Below, in pieces: positions 57,266 to 64,000 of a stretch of DNA of 64,000 nt. A model generated the notes under the pieces. That model did no database searches, was not told the DNA's origin, and was given only the letters and a program-made list of their open reading frames with translations. The DNA comes from Callorhinchus milii (lineage: Eukaryota): assembly GCF_018977255.1 (NCBI RefSeq), contig NW_024704742.1:108316001-108380000 (forward strand). The letters run 5' to 3'. Made by a program: the position numbers and the translations under genes. Positions within the stretch are counted from its first letter, which is position 1, and every line of letters begins with the position of its first letter.

Positions 57266-58701
57266 TCATTATATTATTATCTTTTAGATTTTAAACAAAG
57301 GTCTCAAAGTACCTCTTCACGTGTTCATTAAGATCTCATAGACTCAAAGTTGGTCATTTAATTCATGTGTGTTTATGGGACATTGCTATATGCAAATTGG
57401 CTGCCGCATTTGCCTAAGGAATACACAGTCACTGTACTTTACAGTAAATCGTGATTATTGTTAGTCTTTCTTACTGAACATATAATTATACTTACTGATA
57501 TATCTTGATGCCTTTCTAACCCTCCCATGAATCTACAGTGACTGCCTAGTTTTGTGAGAAAGTTCCAACTCTGGAATAAGCAGATTGATTTTTGTTCTTA
57601 AATTTTATTTTTTCACACTATCTATATATTTCATGTTGATTTATCCCAAAATCTATATTCCAATTTTTAGAATTTATTACTGCATTACTAATTTCCAAGA
57701 ATTTTAACTGAACAATGCTTACTAACAGCTACACTCCAACTGGATCTACGGTATTTTGAATTGCTGATTGAATGACAAAGTTCCAGATAAGCAAAGGGGA
57801 ATGTTGTTTGCATTTGATCTCTTGAGAGCTCTTAAACTCAGTGCAGTTCCACCAGCAAAAGAGCTACTGTCTCTTTGGAAAAATCACACATTATTAGAAC
57901 AAAGACTTGGTGTATCTTTGAAAGTGACAACCATCTCCTTTTCTTTTGCTCTATAACTAATACCCAATGATTCTGCTGAGCAGTGTGACTTTTATCATTC
58001 ACAGAACACTCAAGGGTTCAAATGTGGACCTGACAATGGGAAACATGTGCAGCGCCACATACTTATGTTTCCACAGATCAAGCTTCAAGCCTGATATTCA
58101 TAAATATTGCTTCTTCCAACTGCCAAAGTCCAGTCTTTGATCTGACACGCTCTAACTGTTGCGCTTACTTCAGCACGCATTCTGAAAGTAATACTATATT
58201 GCAATGTAACATTTTTAATGTTAAGCTCCTTTTGTTCTCACAAAAGGTAAACTTCAGTACAAAGAAAATGTAACCTGAAGCAATGAGTGACAAACCAATG
58301 AGTAAGTTAGGCACCAATTTGAAAATGGAATTAGCTGTCTGTTTTGCATTATATAACGTTAATAATACTGTAAAAGAAGAAATGTTTTTCTGTTTCATAC
58401 ATTTATCTAATTTTACTCAATATCCAATATACAAAACCATTTGCTTACATGCTCAGTGTTTAAAATTGATTCATATTTTCCATTCGGCCCAACCTTGTCT
58501 ATGATAGAATTTATATGCCACATGAGTCTGTTGATTTGATCTGATAAGGGTGCAAGATTGCAAACCCTTGACTGTCCAGCGTTTTAGGACGTCCTCCTGA
58601 TGTGAAAGGTGCTAAATAGATATAATCTGTTGTTGTTGATATTCTATTGCCAAGCAACTCAGCTCAATTCTAAGAGAACCTGCTCCCCTGCCAGTTTTCT
58701 G

Positions 58702-60850
58702 GTGCCCAGAACTCAACACAGTACTCCAGCTGAGGCCTAACCAGTGTTTTAAAGGTTCATCATAACTTCCCAACTTTTGTATTCTATGCCCCTCTTTATA
58801 AAGTCTAGTATCCCGTATGCTTTTTTAACAGCTTTATCTACCTGTCCTGCCACCTTCAAAGATTTACTTATATGAACCCCCAGGTCTCTCTGTTCCTTCT
58901 CTCTCTTTAAGATTGTACCATCAGCTTATAGTACCTCTCCTCAGTCTTCCTCCCAACGTACATCACTTTGCATTTTTCCACATTAAACTTCATCTGCCAC
59001 GTTTTGCCCATTTTACCAGTCTGTCTATGTCCATTTGCAGTCTGCTACTATCCTCCTCACTGTTTACTACTTTTCCTAGTTTAATATCTTCTGCAAATTT
59101 GGAAATTGTACTCCCTATACACAAGTCCAGGTCATTTATAGAGATCAAAAACAGCAGTGGTCCCAATACTGATCCCTGGGGGACACCACTGCACACTTCT
59201 CTTAGAAAAACAACCGTTCACCACTACTCTGTGCTTTCTGTCTCCCAGCCAGTCCTGTATCCATGTAGCCACTATCCCTTTAATACCGTGGGCTTCTATT
59301 TTGCTTACAAGTCTCTTATGTGGGACTTTATCAAATACCTTTTGAAAATCCATATAAACTACATCAACTGCACTACCTTCATCCACCCTCTCCGTTACTT
59401 TATCAAAAAACTCTATCAGGTTTGTTAGACATGATTTGCCTTTAACAAATCCATGTTGATATCCTTTATTAATCAATATTTTTCTAAGTGAAAATTTATT
59501 TTGTCCTGGATTATCATCTCTAGAAGTTTGCCCACTACTGACATTAGGCTGACTGGCCTGTAGTTCCTGCCCCTTTTTGTACAGGGAAGTAACATTTGCA
59601 ATCCTCCAGTCCTCTGGCACCGCCCCGGTGTCCAAGGAGGTTTGAAAAATTGTGGCCTGAGCCTTCGCTATTTCCACCCTTACTTCCCTCAGTAACCTAG
59701 GATGCATCCTGTCCGGTGACTTATCTACCTTGAGAACTGACAAGTTTTTAGTACCTTCTCTTGGTTTATTCTTATCTTATACAATTTCTCTACTCTCTCC
59801 TCCTAAACTGTGGTATTGGGTGCATCCTTTTATTTTCTGACACAGATGAAAATTCTCATTCAGTACGCCAGCCCCCATATGAAGATTTCCTCTTTGGTCC
59901 CTAATTCGACCCACCCTACCTTTGACTAACATTTTATTCTTTATATGCTTATAAAATACCTTAGGATTCCCTTCTATGTTACCTACTAATCTTTTCTCAT
60001 ACAATCTCTTTGCCCCTCTTATTTTCTTTTTCAGTTCTTCTCTGTACTTTCTATAATCTATTTGATTATCTTCTGTATTTGGACCTGACATTTATCATAA
60101 GCCTCCTTTTCTGTTTTATTTTGATCCCAATATCCTTATTCATCCAGGGAGGTTTGGATGCCCTACCTTTCCCCTTTGTGGGAATGTATTTGTTCTGAAC
60201 CCGAACTATCTCCTCCTTGAAGGCTTCCCATTGCTCGTTAGCTGTTTTACCTGCCAATCTTTCTTTCCAGTCCACCTTGGCAAGGTCGCTTTTTAATTCA
60301 CTGAAATTAGCCCTCTTCCAGTTGAGTATCTTCACCTTTTATCGTTCCTTGTCCCTTTCCATAAGCACTCTAAACCTAATGATGTTGTGATCATTGTTGT
60401 CCAGATGCTCTCCTACTGAAACCTGCTCCACTTGCCCGACTTCATTCCCTAGAACTAGATCCAGCATTGCTTCCTTCCTCATTGGGCTGGAAACATATTG
60501 ATCCAGAAAGTTATCCTGCACATATTTCAGGAATCCTTTCCCCTTCTTGCCCTTTACACTGTTATTTTTCAGATTTGCTTGTCTATCTCCTTCCCACTAT
60601 TTGATGGACTACAGTAATCACCTGACAGAGTAACAGCTCTGTGCTCCTTAACCTTAACCCTCTAGCACATCGTCCCTTTCCAGGGCCGTAACCATGTCTT
60701 TAATCAATATTGCCAACCCCCCACTCCTTTTTTTCCTTCCCTATCCCTACTGAATACATTGTAGCCAGGAATATTCAGCTCCCATTCCTGCCCTTGTTTG
60801 AGCCAGGTCTCCATTATTGCCACTACATCATTACCCCATGTGGTAACTGT
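58702..60850 (-). mobile_element. CR1 LINE ORF2 (APE-RT), frameshifted
   Basis: [101 protein letters not shown]. Confidence 0.95.
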
Positions 60851-62141
60851 GGAGAGATTTTTTATCATAATATAATATTTTTGCATTTGATATCGTACAG
60901 TATCAGGTTGAAATGTCTCAAAGTGCATCACAGAATTTACTAACCAGTGAAAGTTACTGTGTATTTATATGGAAACGCGACAGCCAATTTGCGCACATCA
61001 TCATCCCACAAACTGCCAATCAAGTGAATGACTAATTATATCTGATAGGAATTCTGTAAAATTGACACTAGATGTGCATCATTTTGGCCAAGGCACTGGG
61101 AGAATTTTCAAGCGCTTTGAGACATCCTCCTGATGTAAAAGAAGCTATACAAATGTAAATTGAATAAAGATTCCTGTTAAAATTCTGCTTGATTATTGAA
61201 CACAGGAGATCCTCTTAGAATGGAGTTCCCATGGAAGAATTTTTCCATTTGCATGACTCATCTTTCTTATTAAGGAATGAAGAAATATGACATGCTAGGC
61301 CCCAATATTATTCGTAATTTGAGATGAGATTTATTGTAGCACAATGAATCCTGTGTGCTTCGTAACATCAATTCCTACCTGTGTATATTACTCTTGCTAC
61401 ACTGTAAACCTGAGGTGAGACTAAGCAGTTCTCTGGTATATAGAGGAAGGTTATGAAAATGCACTATACTCCAGATCCTCTGACACTGGTAATAAATTAT
61501 TAGGAATCAAATTTATGTTGGTAGTTTTTGGAAATAATTGCTCCAAAATGTGAAGACATAAATAATGTTTGAATAGACTTGATCTTCAACACTGCTGTTT
61601 AAATGGCGAGTTTTTCCAATCATTAAACAGTCAACAAGCACCTTAACAGCTCTCTATTTTAAACTGTAGTACGTGATTATTATATATGCAAAAATTGATG
61701 TTGTGACAGATACCCTGGTTTGATTATAATCCTTGTTTTTATAATATATGTTTAATGTAATGTATCCCAAAGGCTTGCTCCTCGCTTTTCATTCCAGTGC
61801 AGTAAAGTTAAAATGCCTTTATAACTGTCTGTATATTTGGATAATAGAAATACTTTTGATAGATGCCGTGTTCATCTAGGTAAAGGATGCAAGTCCTGGG
61901 GTATAAAATGCTTTCACCATCAAGTTCTACTAGATCGGGTATAGCACTATCCTTTAGATGAAATGTTAGACCTGCCTGTCTGTTTAGATACACGTTTACA
62001 CAGATACACAGATTCAATGCCAGAACTTGAGAAGGAAATTTCACCTAAAGACCTGGCCGACATTGAAATTGGTCATTCACTTAATTGCCGTTTATGGATC
62101 ATTGCTGTGCCAAATTGCCCCATGTTTACCTACAAGCAACA

Positions 62142-62500
62142 CAACAACAACAACAAGATTCCATTTATAAAGCGCCTTTCACGTCAGGAGGACGTCCCAA
62201 GGCGCTGCACAGTTGGGTCATGACCCGAGCAGGGGGGAAATGGTCAGGGTGAGGGGAGGGAAGGGAGGGAGCGAGGAGGGGGAAGAGAGTCGAGAGGGGA
62301 GCTGAAGGCTCGGTCAAAGAGAAAGGTTTTGAGACCGGCCTTGAAGGAGAAAAGGGAGGAGGCGGCGAAGGCACTGGGGGATAGAGTTCCAGAGCCTCGG
62401 GGCTGAGAGGCTGAAAGCCCGACCACCGATTGTAGGGCGATTGGGGCGGGGGACGTGGAGCAGACCGGAGCCAGAGGAACGGAGGTTACGGGCAGGTACC
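62142..62500 (-). mobile_element. L2 LINE 3' end, same subfamily as 30317-32334
   Basis: Very similar reverse copy of about 31985-32334. Confidence 0.92.
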
Positions 62501-63009
62501 CTCACATTAAATTATTACACAGTCACATTAAATTATGTCCTGTGAAGCGCTATGATTCAGCCCCTTGATGTGAATTGTGTTCTATCAAATGTAATTATTT
62601 ATTATTTATTTATTGAGAGTGGTAGAATATAAGATCTTCTAAAAGGTATTGCTGAAACGGTACTTATTCTCCAACGCTGAGCTGCTCCTTACTACACCAG
62701 CAGTAATTTTCCCACTTCCCACACCAGTCATCTTTTTGGCCTTTCTAAGCAATTTTGTGCCATGATTGTTAGCACTTCCGTGTCTAATAGGAGTGATGGG
62801 GGCTCGTGTGAGTAATAAACACTAGCGTGGACTAGTTAGGCAAAATAGGCTGTTTCTGTGCCTTTTGTGTTTTGAGTTGAGTTTGTTGATTCGGTCCATT
62901 AGAAACCGAATTGATGAACTGATTTCATGCAGGACACACACAACCAGCAGAAAAGGGAGTCTTTCATCCTGGGATGGATGTTAGCTTGAGTCCCAGAGGT
63001 TAAAATCCC

Positions 63010-64000
63010 TTAAAATCCTCCTCCTCTACCGGCCCCCTAAAACCTCTCCCACCTTCATCTCTGACATTTCAACACTCCTCACATCTCTTTGCCTCTCCTC
63101 TGATCGCCTCATCATCCTGGGCGACTTTAACCTACACTTCACCCCCTCCTGCTCCATCTCCACAGACTTCTCTTCCCTGCTCTCCTCACTCAACCTTTCC
63201 CTACACATAAACTCCCCCACTCACAGTCACGGCCACCCACTCGATTTGGTGATCACCCGGGGCCTCAGTGTCTCGGATGTCACTATTACCGACAAGGCCA
63301 TCTCCGACCACTACTTCATCTCCTTCACCACCTCCACCCCCCTCCCCACCTCCACCAGACCCACCACCATCTTCTACCGCCCTTGGAAGAAGTTACCCCC
63401 ACAATCCCTAACCGATGCCTTGGAGTCCTCTGAACTCCTCTCCCTCTGGCCTTCAACCCTCACCGACCCCTCTTCTCCTCTCTCCCTCCTCCACAATATC
63501 CTCTCCTCCACACTCGATACTCTTGCCCCCATCACTTCCCGCACTGTCTCCTACTCCCGCTCCTCCCCCTGGTACACCACCCACCTCCGCTCACTGAAAT
63601 GCCAGGTGCGGGCTGCTGAGCGCACCTTTGTCAAATCCGGCTTAACGGTCCACCGACAAATCTGGCTGGACCTCCTCAAAATTTACCGCTCCACTCTAGC
63701 CTCGGCCAAGTCGTCCTTCTACTCCAGGATAATCCTGGAGGCGAAGAACAACCCCAGGCTACTGTTTTCCACCACATCCCGACTCCTCCGTCCCCCCCGC
63801 CACCCCGCGCAGGTCATCTCCTCCAACCTTCACTGCGAGGAGATGCTGGATTTCCTTGAATCCAAGATCAAGGGAATCCGCTCCGCGGTCACTTCCCCTC
63901 CAACTTCCACCCACCACCCACCCCTTCCCTCCCACACTCCGACTCCTACCCATCCTCCCCTACACACCTTCGTACCCGTTTCCCCACCCTCTGTCACTGA
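63010..64000 (+). mobile_element. L2 LINE ORF2 APE region, runs off the window edge
   Basis: Encodes LIILGDFNLH...PTHSHGHPLDLVI...DKAISDHY; 3' part nearly identical to 30317-30675. Confidence 0.93.

Noticed and set aside
55302..64000. LIX1 exon 2 (expected NVV..LQEFW..)
   Set aside because: Not found by eye; probably lies beyond the window.

Overview
Vertebrate genomic DNA; the repeat content suggests a cartilaginous fish, possibly a holocephalan (inference). The window holds a complete 10-exon RIOK2 gene on the + strand (ATG 23708, TAG 41849, 1620 nt spliced CDS = 539 aa, all introns GT-AG and in phase). It also holds the first coding exon and promoter of LIX1 (ATG 55220), the same gene order as in tetrapods. 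The rest is intronic or intergenic and dense in decayed L2 and CR1 LINEs, young tRNA-headed SINEs that share the L2 3' tail, older Deu-domain SINEs, an LF-SINE-like relic and Tc1/mariner/pogo relics. The oddities most worth following up are: two different GC-rich minisatellites bracketing the RIOK2 promoter; an unclassified dispersed repeat (3 copies) that keeps the same hairpins; a near-perfect 73-nt intronic hairpin; a 22-bp AGGTCA-n6-TGACCT palindrome; a CTCF motif between RIOK2 and LIX1; and an out-of-frame uORF overlapping the LIX1 start. No clearly new protein-coding system was found. Family names come from recalled consensus similarity, not database searches, and repeat boundaries are approximate.
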